From contig JACNJE010000110.1 of assembly GCA_014382705.1 (NCBI GenBank), positions 1 through 61,098 of the forward strand: a stretch of 61,098 nt of DNA, read 5' to 3'. The translations under genes were made by a program, and so were the position numbers. The notes under the pieces were generated by a model, which made no database searches, was not told the origin of the DNA, and saw only the letters and a program-made list of their open reading frames with translations. Within the stretch, counting starts at the first letter, position 1. The number at the start of each line of letters is the position of its first letter. This DNA is from Verrucomicrobiota bacterium. GTDB taxonomy: Bacteria; Verrucomicrobiota; Verrucomicrobiia; Limisphaerales; UBA1096. Below, piece by piece: positions 36,552-46,080 of this stretch.

Positions 36552-37802
36552 ATGGAGGCAACCCGGGAAATCGAGGTCGGGGATTCGGCGGCACGCTCGG
36601 CGCAGGCTCTGGACGAGTTGCAGGATGTGCGGGGCGAAACGATGACCCTGAACATGGGGCCGTCGCATCCCGCGACGCACGGGGTGCTGCGGTTGGTTCT
36701 GGAACTCGACGGCGAGATCATCACGAAGGCCGACCCGGAGATCGGCTACCTGCATCGTGGCGATGAGAAGATCGCCGAGAACATGACGTACACCCAGTTC
36801 ATTCCGTATACGGACCGGCTGGATTACCTCGCGCCGCTGGCCAACAATGTCGCCTACGCGTTGGCGGTGGAGAAGCTGCTCGGCATTCACGACAGGTTGC
36901 CGGAGCGCTGCCAGTACATCCGCGTGATCTGCTGCGAATTGGCCCGCATCTCGGCGCATCTGCTCGGCATCGGGGCGTTTGCCATGGATGTCGGCGCGAT
37001 GACGGTGTTCCTGCACACGTTCACCGAGCGCGAGAAAATCTACAACCTGATCGAGGCGCTGACCGGCGCGCGCTTCACGACGACGTACACGCGCATTGGC
37101 GGGTTGGCGCGGGATCTTCCGGAGGGCTGGACGGAGGAATTGGCCAAGTTCACCAAGGAAGTCAGCGTGGCCATTGGCGAGACGGACAAGTTGCTGACGC
37201 GGAACAAGATTTTCGTCGATCGGACGAAGGACGTCGGCGTGATCAGCCGGGAAGACGCGATCGATTTTGGCCTGACCGGCCCGAATCTGCGCGGGAGCAA
37301 CGTCGAGCATGACCTTCGCAAGGCGCACCCGTATCTCGTGTACGACCAGCTCGACTTTGACGTGCCGTACGGCGAGACGGGCGACTGTTACGACCGCTAT
37401 CTCGTGCGGATGGAGGAGATGCGCCAGAGCGTCCGCCTGCTCGATCAATGCTTGGCCAAGCTGCCGGGCGGCCCGGTCAACGTGGACGATGGAAAGATCG
37501 TTTTGCCGGACAAACAGAAGGTGCTCTCGAGCATGGAGGAGTTGATCCACCAGTTCATGCTGGTGACGCAGGGGCAGGACGCGCCAGCCGGCGAGGTTTA
37601 CTTCGGCGCCGAGAACCCGAAGGGGGAGCTTGGCTTTTACATCATGAGCAAGGGCGGCGGTGTGCCGTACCGGCTGAAGATCCGCGCGCCGTCGTTCGTT
37701 AACTTGGGCATCCTGCCTGACCTGCTGCCGGGGCACATGATCAGTGACGTGGTGGCGATTCTGGGGTCGCTCGACTTCGTGATGGGGGAATGCGATCGAT
37801 GA
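36552..37802 (+). CDS. nuoD: NADH-quinone oxidoreductase subunit D
   Basis: NMGPSHPATHGVLR, GYLHRG, DRLDY, ENPKGELG, GSLDFVMGECDR. Confidence 0.96.
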   Translation: MEATREIEVGDSAARSAQALDELQDVRGETMTLNMGPSHPATHGVLRLVLELDGEIITKADPEIGYLHRGDEKIAENMTYTQFIPYTDRLDYLAPLANNVAYALAVEKLLGIHDRLPERCQYIRVICCELARISAHLLGIGAFAMDVGAMTVFLHTFTEREKIYNLIEALTGARFTTTYTRIGGLARDLPEGWTEELAKFTKEVSVAIGETDKLLTRNKIFVDRTKDVGVISREDAIDFGLTGPNLRGSNVEHDLRKAHPYLVYDQLDFDVPYGETGDCYDRYLVRMEEMRQSVRLLDQCLAKLPGGPVNVDDGKIVLPDKQKVLSSMEELIHQFMLVTQGQDAPAGEVYFGAENPKGELGFYIMSKGGGVPYRLKIRAPSFVNLGILPDLLPGHMISDVVAILGSLDFVMGECDR

Positions 37803-38287
37803 GTTTTGTGGTTCCCAAAAAACTGGAGAGGGAAATCAACCGGCTGGTGAAGAACTACCCGGAAAAGCGCAGTGCGTCGCTGATGGTGCTGCACGCGTTG
37901 CAGGATGAGTTCGGTTTCATCTCCGTCGAGGCGGAAAAATGGACGGCGGCCAAGCTCGGCTTGAAGCCGATCAACATCCACGAGCTGGTGACGTTTTACC
38001 CGATGCTGCGCGAGCACGACCCCGGGAAAACCGTGGTGCGGGTTTGCCGCACGTTGAGCTGCGCCCTGGCCGGGAGCGCGGAGTTGCACGGGCATCTCTG
38101 CAGACGGCTTGGGCTGGATGCCGATGCGCCGGGGCTGCAGCGGACGAAGGACGGCCGGTTTGGCGTCGAGTACGCCGAGTGCCTTGCCAGTTGCGGCACC
38201 GGACCGGTGATGATGTGCAACGATGATTTTTACGAGAGCGTCTCGAACGACGGTGCGGATGAAATCCTGGAGAAATACGACGAATGA
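37799..38287 (+). CDS. nuoE: NADH-quinone oxidoreductase subunit E
   Basis: TFYPM and the 2Fe-2S ligands CRTLSC...ECLASC. ATG 37799 overlaps the nuoD stop. Confidence 0.94.
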   Translation: MSFVVPKKLEREINRLVKNYPEKRSASLMVLHALQDEFGFISVEAEKWTAAKLGLKPINIHELVTFYPMLREHDPGKTVVRVCRTLSCALAGSAELHGHLCRRLGLDADAPGLQRTKDGRFGVEYAECLASCGTGPVMMCNDDFYESVSNDGADEILEKYDE

Positions 38288-38290
38288 AGT

Positions 38291-38364
38291 TGGTTGCCGA
38301 ACTAGGATTCGAACCTAGACAAAGTGAGTCAGAGTCACTCGTGCTACCGTTACACTATTCGGCA
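38291..38364 (-). tRNA. tRNA-Gln (anticodon CTG)
   Basis: Minus strand: acceptor stem TGCCGAA/TTCGGCA, anticodon arm AGTGA-CT-CTG-AC-TCACT, T arm CTAGG-TTCGAAT-CCTAG, encoded CCA; 74 nt. Confidence 0.95.
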
Positions 38365-38424
38365 ACGCCGTGCGGGCAATACATAATTAAACCGGGCCAG
38401 ATGAGTCAAGGCCCGAATCGCTGA

Positions 38425-39828
38425 ATGCCGAAAGAAACTAAACTGGTTTTGAAGCACGTCGATGAGGCGGGTTACACGAATGACATAAAGTGTTACCTGA
38501 AACACGGCGGTTACAGGACGTTGAAAAAGGTCTTCCGGCTCAAGCCGAGGAAGGCCGGGGGTGTCGTCGTGACGCCGCAGGAAACCGTTCGCAAGGAGGT
38601 GCTTGCGTCCGGTTTGCGCGGGCGGGGCGGTGCCGGGTTTTCCTGCGGCGTGAAGTGGAACTTTGTCAACCGCAAGTCCGGCAAGCCGGTGTATTTGATC
38701 TGCAACGCTGACGAATCCGAGCCGGGCACGTTCAAGGATCGGCAGATCCTTCACAAGGATCCGCACCAGCTCATTGAGGGCATGATCCTGTCGTGTTACG
38801 CCAACGAGGTGAAGCTGGCGTATATTTACATTCGCGGTGAATTTCCCGAGGGCGCGAGAATCCTCAATCGCGCCATCGACGAGGCCAAAGCCAACGGCTT
38901 CCTCGGCAAAGGCATCTGCGGCACGAAATACGACCTCGAGATCCACGTGCACCGCGGCGCGGGCGCGTATATTTGCGGCGAGGAAACCGGCCTCATCGAG
39001 TCGCTTGAGGGCAAGCGGCCGTACCCGCGCATCAAGCCGCCGTACTTCCCTGCGGCGCTTGGCCTCTACATGTGCCCGACCATCGTCAATAACGTCGAGA
39101 CGCTCTGCAACGTGCGGCATGTCATGGAGATGGGCGGCGACGCCTACGCCTCGCTGGGCACGGCGGGCAACACTGGCACGCGCATTGTCAGCCTGAGCGG
39201 GAACGTCCAGCGGCCCGGCTATTACGAGATCGAGGTCGGGAAGGCCACCCTCGGTGAATTGATCTTTCACAAAAACTTTGGCCAAGGGCTGCGCGACGGC
39301 CGAAAGCTTCGGGCTATCATCCCCGGCGGTTCGTCGTCAAAGGTGTTTCGCGCCGGCGAGAAGTTCACCATCCAAAGCAAAGACAAGTGGGGCGAGGTCA
39401 CCGAGCAGAAACTCGACCTGCTCGACATCCCGTACGACTTCGACACGCTGATGAAATGCGGCTCGATGTCCGGCTCGAGCGCCATCATCGTGCTGGACGA
39501 CTCGGTGGACATGGTCGAGGCGCTGGGCAATTTGTCCGACTTTTACGCGCACGAAAGCTGCGGTCAATGCACCCCCTGCCGCGAAGGTTCGCTCTGGATG
39601 GCCAAGGCGCTCAAGCGGATGCGCACCGGCGAGGCGCGGAAGGGCGACGCCGATTATTTGCGGCACATCGCGCAGAACATCCAGGGCCGGACCATCTGTG
39701 CCTTTGGCGAGGCGTGCGCCTGGCCGGTGATGAGTTTCGTGGACAAGTTCCGCGATGATTTTGAGCAGCGCGGCGCGGAGGACGAGGCCCGCTTGGCCAA
39801 GCGCGACGGGGAGGCCGCAACGAAATAG
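38425..39828 (+). CDS. nuoF: NADH-quinone oxidoreductase subunit F
   Basis: SGLRGRGGAGF, NADESEPGTFKDR, GAGAYICGEET, ESCGQCTPCREG. Confidence 0.97.
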   Translation: MPKETKLVLKHVDEAGYTNDIKCYLKHGGYRTLKKVFRLKPRKAGGVVVTPQETVRKEVLASGLRGRGGAGFSCGVKWNFVNRKSGKPVYLICNADESEPGTFKDRQILHKDPHQLIEGMILSCYANEVKLAYIYIRGEFPEGARILNRAIDEAKANGFLGKGICGTKYDLEIHVHRGAGAYICGEETGLIESLEGKRPYPRIKPPYFPAALGLYMCPTIVNNVETLCNVRHVMEMGGDAYASLGTAGNTGTRIVSLSGNVQRPGYYEIEVGKATLGELIFHKNFGQGLRDGRKLRAIIPGGSSSKVFRAGEKFTIQSKDKWGEVTEQKLDLLDIPYDFDTLMKCGSMSGSSAIIVLDDSVDMVEALGNLSDFYAHESCGQCTPCREGSLWMAKALKRMRTGEARKGDADYLRHIAQNIQGRTICAFGEACAWPVMSFVDKFRDDFEQRGAEDEARLAKRDGEAATK

Positions 39829-39830
39829 CG

Positions 39831-41531
39831 ATGGCAGTCAAGCGGACAGACCCGGCAGTCGACACCGTCACGGTGAAAGTGGACGGCTGCGCCGTTGAGG
39901 TGCCGCGCACCACGCCGAACTGGCAGGGCCACCCGGAGCCGACCACGGTGCTGCAGGCCTGCAAACACGCCGGCATCGAGATCCCGCACTACTGTTACCA
40001 CCCCAAGCTGCCGGTGGCCGGCAACTGCCGGATGTGCCTCGTCCACGTCGCCATGCCGGGGCGGCCAGGCCCGGACGGTAAACCACCGACGAACGAGGAC
40101 GGTTCTCCCAAAGTGTTCCCGATGCAGCTCCCGTACGAGCCGGGCACGCCGCGCGGTGTCATCGGCTGCGCGACCGGCATCATTCCCGGAATGGAGATTT
40201 ACGCCAGCAGCCCGGAAACCCGGGAGATGCGGGAGGCGGTGCTTGAGTCGCTGCTCATCAACCATCCGCTCGACTGTCCAATCTGCGATCAGGCTGGCGA
40301 ATGCAAGCTGCAGGAATACTCGGTCGAACACGGCCAAGCCGAGAGCCAGTTTGCCGAGGTGAAGGTGCACAAGCCGAAGGCGGTGAACCTTGGCCCGCGC
40401 ATCACGCTCGACGCCGAGCGATGCGTGTTGTGCACCCGCTGCATCCGCTTTACCGCTGATGTGGCCGGCGACGACGCGCTGGGCATCGTGAACCGCGGCA
40501 GCTATAACGCGATATCGACCTATCCCGGCCAGCCGTTCGACAACAATTACACGCTCAACACGGTGGATCTCTGTCCGGTTGGCGCGTTGACGTCCGACGA
40601 TTTTCGTTTCCAGATGCGCGTTTGGTTTCTCAAGGAAACCAAAAGCCTCTGCACCGGCTGCGGCACCGGTTGCAACACCGTCATCGGTTCGCGCGAAAAC
40701 AAAATGTTCCGCTACGAGCCGCGGCAAAACGACGCGGTCAACAGCGATTGGATGTGCGATGCCGGCCGGCTCGATTACAAATGGATCGGCCGCGACGATC
40801 GCTTGGCCAAGTTGCGCGGGCCAAAGGGTGACACCACTTGGCCAAGCGCGCTTGAGGAGATTTCCGATCACTTGGCCAAGGCCGGGGAAGGCTCGGTGGC
40901 GATCGTCGCCTCGGCGCGCCAAACCAACGAGGAGCTTTTCCTGCTGAGCAAATTGGCCAAGCGCTTCAAGGCGTTGACGGACTCGGTGCGGCGCAACGGC
41001 GAGGCGGATCATCTGCTCGTCGCCGCCGACCGCAACCCGAACACCACCGGCGCGCGGTTGACCGGCATCACGACCAAGCGCGTCGGCTTGAAGCTGGGCG
41101 CCATCGCCAGGGGCATCGCGTCCGGCAAGGTCACGACGCTGATCGTGTGCGGCGAGGACGTCACGCAGCACGGCATCGATGCCAAGCTGCTCGGTAAACT
41201 TAAAACATTGATTGTCAGTGACATCCTGCCAAGCGCCACGACGAAAATGGCCGATTATCTGCTGCCGGGCTGCGCGCATGCCGAGAAACGCGGGACGTTC
41301 ACCAACGTGAAAGGGCGTGTGCAGAAATTGAACAAAGCCCTCGAGCCGCCGGGCGACGCACTGCCGGAGTGGGAGGTGTTGCACGAGCTCGTCCACACCG
41401 TCACTGGCCTCGACGGCTTCAACAGCATCGAAGGATTGTTTAATCAAATGGCAGACGAGGTGAAGGCGTTCAAGGCCGCCGGCCTGACCTGGGCCGGCTT
41501 GGGCGATACGGGCGCGGACGTGAAACTGTGA
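39831..41531 (+). CDS. nuoG: NADH-quinone oxidoreductase subunit G (short, 566 aa)
   Basis: CYHPKL...GNCRMC, NHPLDCPICDQAGEC, RCVLCTRC, DLCPVGAL, CTGCGTGC. Confidence 0.94.
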   Translation: MAVKRTDPAVDTVTVKVDGCAVEVPRTTPNWQGHPEPTTVLQACKHAGIEIPHYCYHPKLPVAGNCRMCLVHVAMPGRPGPDGKPPTNEDGSPKVFPMQLPYEPGTPRGVIGCATGIIPGMEIYASSPETREMREAVLESLLINHPLDCPICDQAGECKLQEYSVEHGQAESQFAEVKVHKPKAVNLGPRITLDAERCVLCTRCIRFTADVAGDDALGIVNRGSYNAISTYPGQPFDNNYTLNTVDLCPVGALTSDDFRFQMRVWFLKETKSLCTGCGTGCNTVIGSRENKMFRYEPRQNDAVNSDWMCDAGRLDYKWIGRDDRLAKLRGPKGDTTWPSALEEISDHLAKAGEGSVAIVASARQTNEELFLLSKLAKRFKALTDSVRRNGEADHLLVAADRNPNTTGARLTGITTKRVGLKLGAIARGIASGKVTTLIVCGEDVTQHGIDAKLLGKLKTLIVSDILPSATTKMADYLLPGCAHAEKRGTFTNVKGRVQKLNKALEPPGDALPEWEVLHELVHTVTGLDGFNSIEGLFNQMADEVKAFKAAGLTWAGLGDTGADVKL

Positions 41532-42595
41532 TGCTTGTCTCGATCACAGGACTGTTCGCCGAGCCGTGGGTGCTGACGCTGCTCAAGGTGGTGTGCCTGT
41601 TTGCCGTGGTGATGCCGATGGTCGCCTACGCGGTCGTGGCCGAGCGGCGCATCTCGGCGTGGATTCAGGATCGCGTCGGGCCGAACCGCGTCGGCATCCC
41701 GTTCACGAACATAAAACTGTTTGGCCTTGGCCAACCGCTGGCTGATGGGTTGAAGGCGCTGGTCAAGGAGGACCTGACGCCGGCTCACGTGCGCCGGGTG
41801 TTTTACTGGCTGGCCCCGGCGGTGGCGATGGTGCCGTCGTTCGTGGTGCTTGCCGTCGTGCCGTTTGGCTCGATGCTCGGCTCGCAAAGAATGGTGATCG
41901 CCAACCTCGATGTCGGCATCCTGTTCACCTTCGGCATTGTGTCGCTGGGCGTGTACGGCGTCGTGCTGGCCGGCTACGCCTCGAATTCTAAATACCCGTT
42001 CCTCGGCGGCATCCGGTCGACGGCGCAAATGATCTCGTACGAGATCGCGATGGGGCTGGCGGTCGTGCCGGTGTTCATGCTGGTGGGCGACCTCAATCTC
42101 GGCTCGGTGATCGACTATCAGCGCGGCGGTGCTTGGCTCCTGTTCAAGCAGCCGTTGGCATTCGCGATTTTCCTGATCGCCATTTTCGCGGAGACAAACC
42201 GCCTGCCGTTCGACCTGCCGGAGTCGGAAACCGAGCTGGTTGCCGGTTACAACACCGAATACAGCTCGATGCGCTTCGCGTTGTTTTTCATGGGGGAATA
42301 CGCCGCGATGATCGCCGGCTCGGCGCTGATGGTGGTGCTGTTCTGCGGCGGCTGGATGCTGCCGCTGGGCGATTATTTCAACACGCCGGCCCAGTCGCTT
42401 GGCCAAGGGCTGGTGCACATCGCGGTGTTCATCGCCAAGACGGCGATGTTCCTTGGCCTGATGATCTGGGTGCGTTGGATGCTGCCGCGATTCCGCTACG
42501 ACCAATTGATGAACATCGGCTGGAAACGATTCCTGCCGCTGAGCCTGGCCAACATCATTCTGACGGCCATCGTGCTGTGGGTGATGCACAGTTGA
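41528..42595 (+). CDS. nuoH: NADH-quinone oxidoreductase subunit H
   Basis: ERRISAWIQDRVGPNR, QPLADGLK, ETNRLPFDLPE, PRFRYDQLM. Confidence 0.96.
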   Translation: MMLVSITGLFAEPWVLTLLKVVCLFAVVMPMVAYAVVAERRISAWIQDRVGPNRVGIPFTNIKLFGLGQPLADGLKALVKEDLTPAHVRRVFYWLAPAVAMVPSFVVLAVVPFGSMLGSQRMVIANLDVGILFTFGIVSLGVYGVVLAGYASNSKYPFLGGIRSTAQMISYEIAMGLAVVPVFMLVGDLNLGSVIDYQRGGAWLLFKQPLAFAIFLIAIFAETNRLPFDLPESETELVAGYNTEYSSMRFALFFMGEYAAMIAGSALMVVLFCGGWMLPLGDYFNTPAQSLGQGLVHIAVFIAKTAMFLGLMIWVRWMLPRFRYDQLMNIGWKRFLPLSLANIILTAIVLWVMHS

Positions 42596-42605
42596 GGGTG
42601 AAACG

Positions 42606-43220
42606 ATGAAAGTAAATCGCACAGAATTGACCTGGTGGGAGCGGCTTTATTTACCGACGCTGCTCAACGGCTTCAGGGTCACGCTGCGTCATTTTTTCTC
42701 GCGAAAACGCTCCGGGGTGTACGGCGATAAACAAAAAAAATTCGCTGCCAAAACCACGATGCAGTACCCGGAGGAGAAATGGGATGTCCCGACCGGGTAC
42801 CGGGGCGCGCCGTATTTGGTGAAGGATGTGGACGAAAAAACCAAGTGCGTGTCGTGCCAGTTGTGCGAGTTTGTCTGTCCGCCCCGGGCCATACGCATCA
42901 CCCCGCCGGGCGACACCGGCGTGGTCGATCGCGACGGTGCGGAGAAGATGCCGAAGGAGTTCGAGATCGACATGCTTCGTTGCATCTATTGTGGCTACTG
43001 CCAGGAGGTCTGCCCGGAGGAGGCGATCTTTTTGCTGAAGGACTACGCCATTACCGGCGAGAGCCGCGAGGAGCTGATTTACGACATGGAGAAACTGCTC
43101 GAGCTGGGTGGCGCGGACAAGCGCGCCTACGATCACCACGTGCAGGACGGGGTGGGCGAGGGGATCAAGAAGTGGGAAACCAAAACACGGGAAGCCGGTG
43201 AGCAACCTGAATTCCACTGA
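42606..43220 (+). CDS. nuoI: NADH-quinone oxidoreductase subunit I
   Basis: QYPEE, CVSCQLCEFVCP, CIYCGYCQEVCP. Confidence 0.95.
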   Translation: MKVNRTELTWWERLYLPTLLNGFRVTLRHFFSRKRSGVYGDKQKKFAAKTTMQYPEEKWDVPTGYRGAPYLVKDVDEKTKCVSCQLCEFVCPPRAIRITPPGDTGVVDRDGAEKMPKEFEIDMLRCIYCGYCQEVCPEEAIFLLKDYAITGESREELIYDMEKLLELGGADKRAYDHHVQDGVGEGIKKWETKTREAGEQPEFH

Positions 43221-43281
43221 CGAGTTGAGTTGTTAATCCGGAAATCAAACAGTGGCATTTACAATAAAACATACGAGCATT

Positions 43282-43393
43282 CACCCTCATCCGGCCTCCG
43301 GCCACCTTCTCCCTGAGGGAGAAGGAATCCAGGCGGGCTGCGCTTGGCCAAGCTCCCTCTCCCAGCGGGAGAGGGCCGGGGAGAGGGAGAACG
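43282..43393 (+). repeat. About 110-bp CCCTCTCCC/GGGAGAGGG REP/MITE-like element, copy 2 (nuoI-nuoJ gap)
   Basis: CACCCTCATCC...CCTTCTCCC..GGGAGAAGG...GCGCTTGGCCAAGC-TCCCTCTCCCAGCGGGAGAGGGCCGGGGAGAGGG; homologous to 26431-26532. Confidence 0.85.
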
Positions 43394-43446
43394 CGATTTG
43401 TTAACGATGACTTTTCAGAATACGATTAAATCATCAGCTTAACAAG

Positions 43447-43998
43447 ATGGAAGGAACGTTGTTCAACATTTTCGCCGGGCTGGCGGTGCTGAGTGCGCTG
43501 TTGGTGGTGGCGAACCCGTTCAGCCGCAACCCGGTGACGAGCGCGTTGTTCCTCGTGACGACGATGATCTCAATCTCCGGGCTGTTCGTCCTGCTCAACG
43601 CCTACTTCCTCGCGGCGGTGCAGATCCTCGTCTACGCCGGGGCGGTAATGGTGTTGTTCCTATTCGTGATTATGCTGCTGGATCTGCGGGAGGGCGCACG
43701 ACGCAAGCTGAATCTCGTTAGCTTGGCCATGGGACTCATGGCTGTCGGCGCGTTGTTCCTCGTCTATAAAAGCTCGATCGACACAACGTACGGGGAGGTC
43801 GCGCAGCGTCACGAGGGGGCGGCGGACACCGGCCAAGCGGAGGCTGCGCAGGCCAAGGTGGTGGGAAGCACACGCGCGCTTGGCCAAGCGCTGTTCAGCG
43901 TCGAAAAGGGATTCATCCTGCCGTTTGAGATCGTCTCCATCCTGCTGTTGGTGGCGATGGTTGGTGTGATTTTGTTGAGCCGAAAGGAGCCACGCTGA
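43447..43998 (+). CDS. nuoJ: NADH-quinone oxidoreductase subunit J
   Basis: [39 protein letters not shown]. Confidence 0.94.
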   Translation: MEGTLFNIFAGLAVLSALLVVANPFSRNPVTSALFLVTTMISISGLFVLLNAYFLAAVQILVYAGAVMVLFLFVIMLLDLREGARRKLNLVSLAMGLMAVGALFLVYKSSIDTTYGEVAQRHEGAADTGQAEAAQAKVVGSTRALGQALFSVEKGFILPFEIVSILLLVAMVGVILLSRKEPR

Positions 43999-44303
43999 TG
44001 GAGCCGACTCTGAGCCAATACCTGCTGGTGAGCGGCGCGCTGTTTGCGATCGGCCTGCTGGGCGTGATCGTGCGGCGCAACCTGCTGATTATCTACATGT
44101 CGCTCGAGCTGATGCTCAACGCCGCCAATGTGGCACTCGTGGCCATGTCGCGCTTCAACGGAAATCTGGACGGGCAGGTGATGGTGTTCTTCATCATCAC
44201 CGTCGCGGCGGCGGAAGTGGCCGTTGGCTTGGCCCTGATTGTCGCGCTGTATCGCAAACGCCAGACCGCCGAGGTGGCGGACTTGGCCACGATGAAACTG
44301 TAA
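43998..44303 (+). CDS. nuoK: NADH-quinone oxidoreductase subunit K
   Basis: [27 protein letters not shown]. Confidence 0.95.
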   Translation: MEPTLSQYLLVSGALFAIGLLGVIVRRNLLIIYMSLELMLNAANVALVAMSRFNGNLDGQVMVFFIITVAAAEVAVGLALIVALYRKRQTAEVADLATMKL

Positions 44304-44306
44304 ACG

Positions 44307-46073
44307 ATGAACACCGCTGCATGGCTCATTATGTTGCTCCCGCTATTCTCGGCGGCGGCCATCGGCCTGGGTGTGTTCCGTTCGCGCAAGGCCAGCGCGG
44401 CGATTTCCGTCGGGGCGGTTGTCGGTTCATTTTTGCTCACGTTGCTGCTGGTTGCTGCGGGTGACGACTTGCATCCGAGCGTCACTTGGCTTGCGATTGG
44501 GGGACTGCAGATCGACATCGGTTTGCAGATCAACGGGCTTAGCAAGCTGATGCTCTGCGTCGTCACCGGTGTCGGAAGCTTGATCCATATTTTCTCGCTG
44601 GGTTACATGAAGGAGGATCGCGATATCTCACGCTACTTTGCCTTCCTCAGCCTATTCGTTTTCTCGATGCTCGGTATCGTGTTGGCCGACAATTTCGTGA
44701 TGATGTTTATTTTTTGGGAGTTGGTTGGTGTCTCAAGTTATCTGTTGATCGGCTTTTGGTTCGAGAAACCCAGTGCGGCCGATGCCGCCAAGAAGGCATT
44801 CCTCACGAATCGCGTCGGCGATTTTGGTTTTTTGATTGGCATCCTGGTGGTGTGGGCCGCGCTTGGCTCGGTTGAGTTTGGCGACTTGGCCAAGGCGGTC
44901 TCCGGCGAGACAGCAATGATCACCGGCTTGGCCGGGTTCTTGATTTTCTGCGGGGCGATGGGCAAGTCCGCCCAGGTGCCGCTGCACGTCTGGCTGCCGG
45001 ACGCGATGGAAGGCCCGACGCCGGTCAGTGCGCTCATCCACGCGGCGACGATGGTGGCCGCCGGCGTCTACATGCTGTGCCGCGTGTTTTTCCTGATCGA
45101 CGGCACGTGGGCGATGGAGGCGGTCGCCTGGATCGGCGGCCTGACCTCTTTGCTAGCCGCGCTGATGGCGGTGCAGCAGGACGATATCAAGCGCATCTTG
45201 GCCTACTCCACACTTTCACAACTCGGCTACATGGTGATGGCGGTGGGGCTGGGTTCTCCCGACGCGGCGATGTTTCACCTGACGACGCACGCGTCGTTCA
45301 AAGCGCTGCTCTTCCTTGGGGCCGGTTCGGTGATCGTGGCGCTGCACCACGAGCAGGACATCTGGAAAATGGGCGGTCTGCGCGAGCGGATGCCCAAGAC
45401 GTACTGGACGTTTTTGATCGGCACGATGGCGCTCTGTGGAGTGCCACTCTTCAGCGGTTTTTTCAGCAAGGAGGCCATCCTCGACGTCGCGCTGGAGAAC
45501 AATCTTTTGCTGTTTCTCGTCGCCGTGTTCGTCGCACTGTTGACGACGTTTTACATGACGCGACTGTTCATTGTGGCGTTCATGGGCAAGCCGCGCTCGA
45601 GCCATGCCGAGCAAGCGAAGGAGAGTCCCGCTGTGATGACCGTGCCGCTGCTCGTGCTTGCGGTGCCGTCGGTCATCGCCGGTTACTTCAACGCGCACGC
45701 ACCGAATCCGCTGGTGTTGGCCGCGTCGCTGGGGGTGCTGGTGTTTGGCATGCTGCTGGCCAATAGCGCCTACAGCGGAGCCAAGGCCGACCCGCTACCG
45801 GCCCGGTTTGGCCGCTTGGCCAAGGCGCTGCGCGACCGGTTTTGGTTTGACGAAATTTACCAATGGCTCATCGACCACGTGCAGGAGAACTTGGCCAAGC
45901 TGGCGGATGCCTTCGACCGATGGGTGATCGCCGGGTTGTTGGTGCGCGGCGCACACGGCACGACTGAGTTGGCCGGGCGGGTGTTGCGCCTGGCCCAGAC
46001 CGGCAACCTGCAAACATACGCCTTTTGGTTCGCCGCCGGCATGGCCGTACTTTTGGTTTTTACGTTGAGTTGA
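44307..46073 (+). CDS. nuoL: NADH-quinone oxidoreductase subunit L
   Basis: FWELVG, GKSAQVPLHVWLPDAMEGPTPVSALIHAATMV, QTGNLQTY. Confidence 0.96.
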   Translation: MNTAAWLIMLLPLFSAAAIGLGVFRSRKASAAISVGAVVGSFLLTLLLVAAGDDLHPSVTWLAIGGLQIDIGLQINGLSKLMLCVVTGVGSLIHIFSLGYMKEDRDISRYFAFLSLFVFSMLGIVLADNFVMMFIFWELVGVSSYLLIGFWFEKPSAADAAKKAFLTNRVGDFGFLIGILVVWAALGSVEFGDLAKAVSGETAMITGLAGFLIFCGAMGKSAQVPLHVWLPDAMEGPTPVSALIHAATMVAAGVYMLCRVFFLIDGTWAMEAVAWIGGLTSLLAALMAVQQDDIKRILAYSTLSQLGYMVMAVGLGSPDAAMFHLTTHASFKALLFLGAGSVIVALHHEQDIWKMGGLRERMPKTYWTFLIGTMALCGVPLFSGFFSKEAILDVALENNLLLFLVAVFVALLTTFYMTRLFIVAFMGKPRSSHAEQAKESPAVMTVPLLVLAVPSVIAGYFNAHAPNPLVLAASLGVLVFGMLLANSAYSGAKADPLPARFGRLAKALRDRFWFDEIYQWLIDHVQENLAKLADAFDRWVIAGLLVRGAHGTTELAGRVLRLAQTGNLQTYAFWFAAGMAVLLVFTLS

Positions 46074-46080
46074 CCGTGAG

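Noticed and set aside
38291-38364. tRNA as an integration site of a genomic island
   Set aside because: I saw no integrase and no duplicated tRNA 3' end, and the flanks are contiguous nuo genes.
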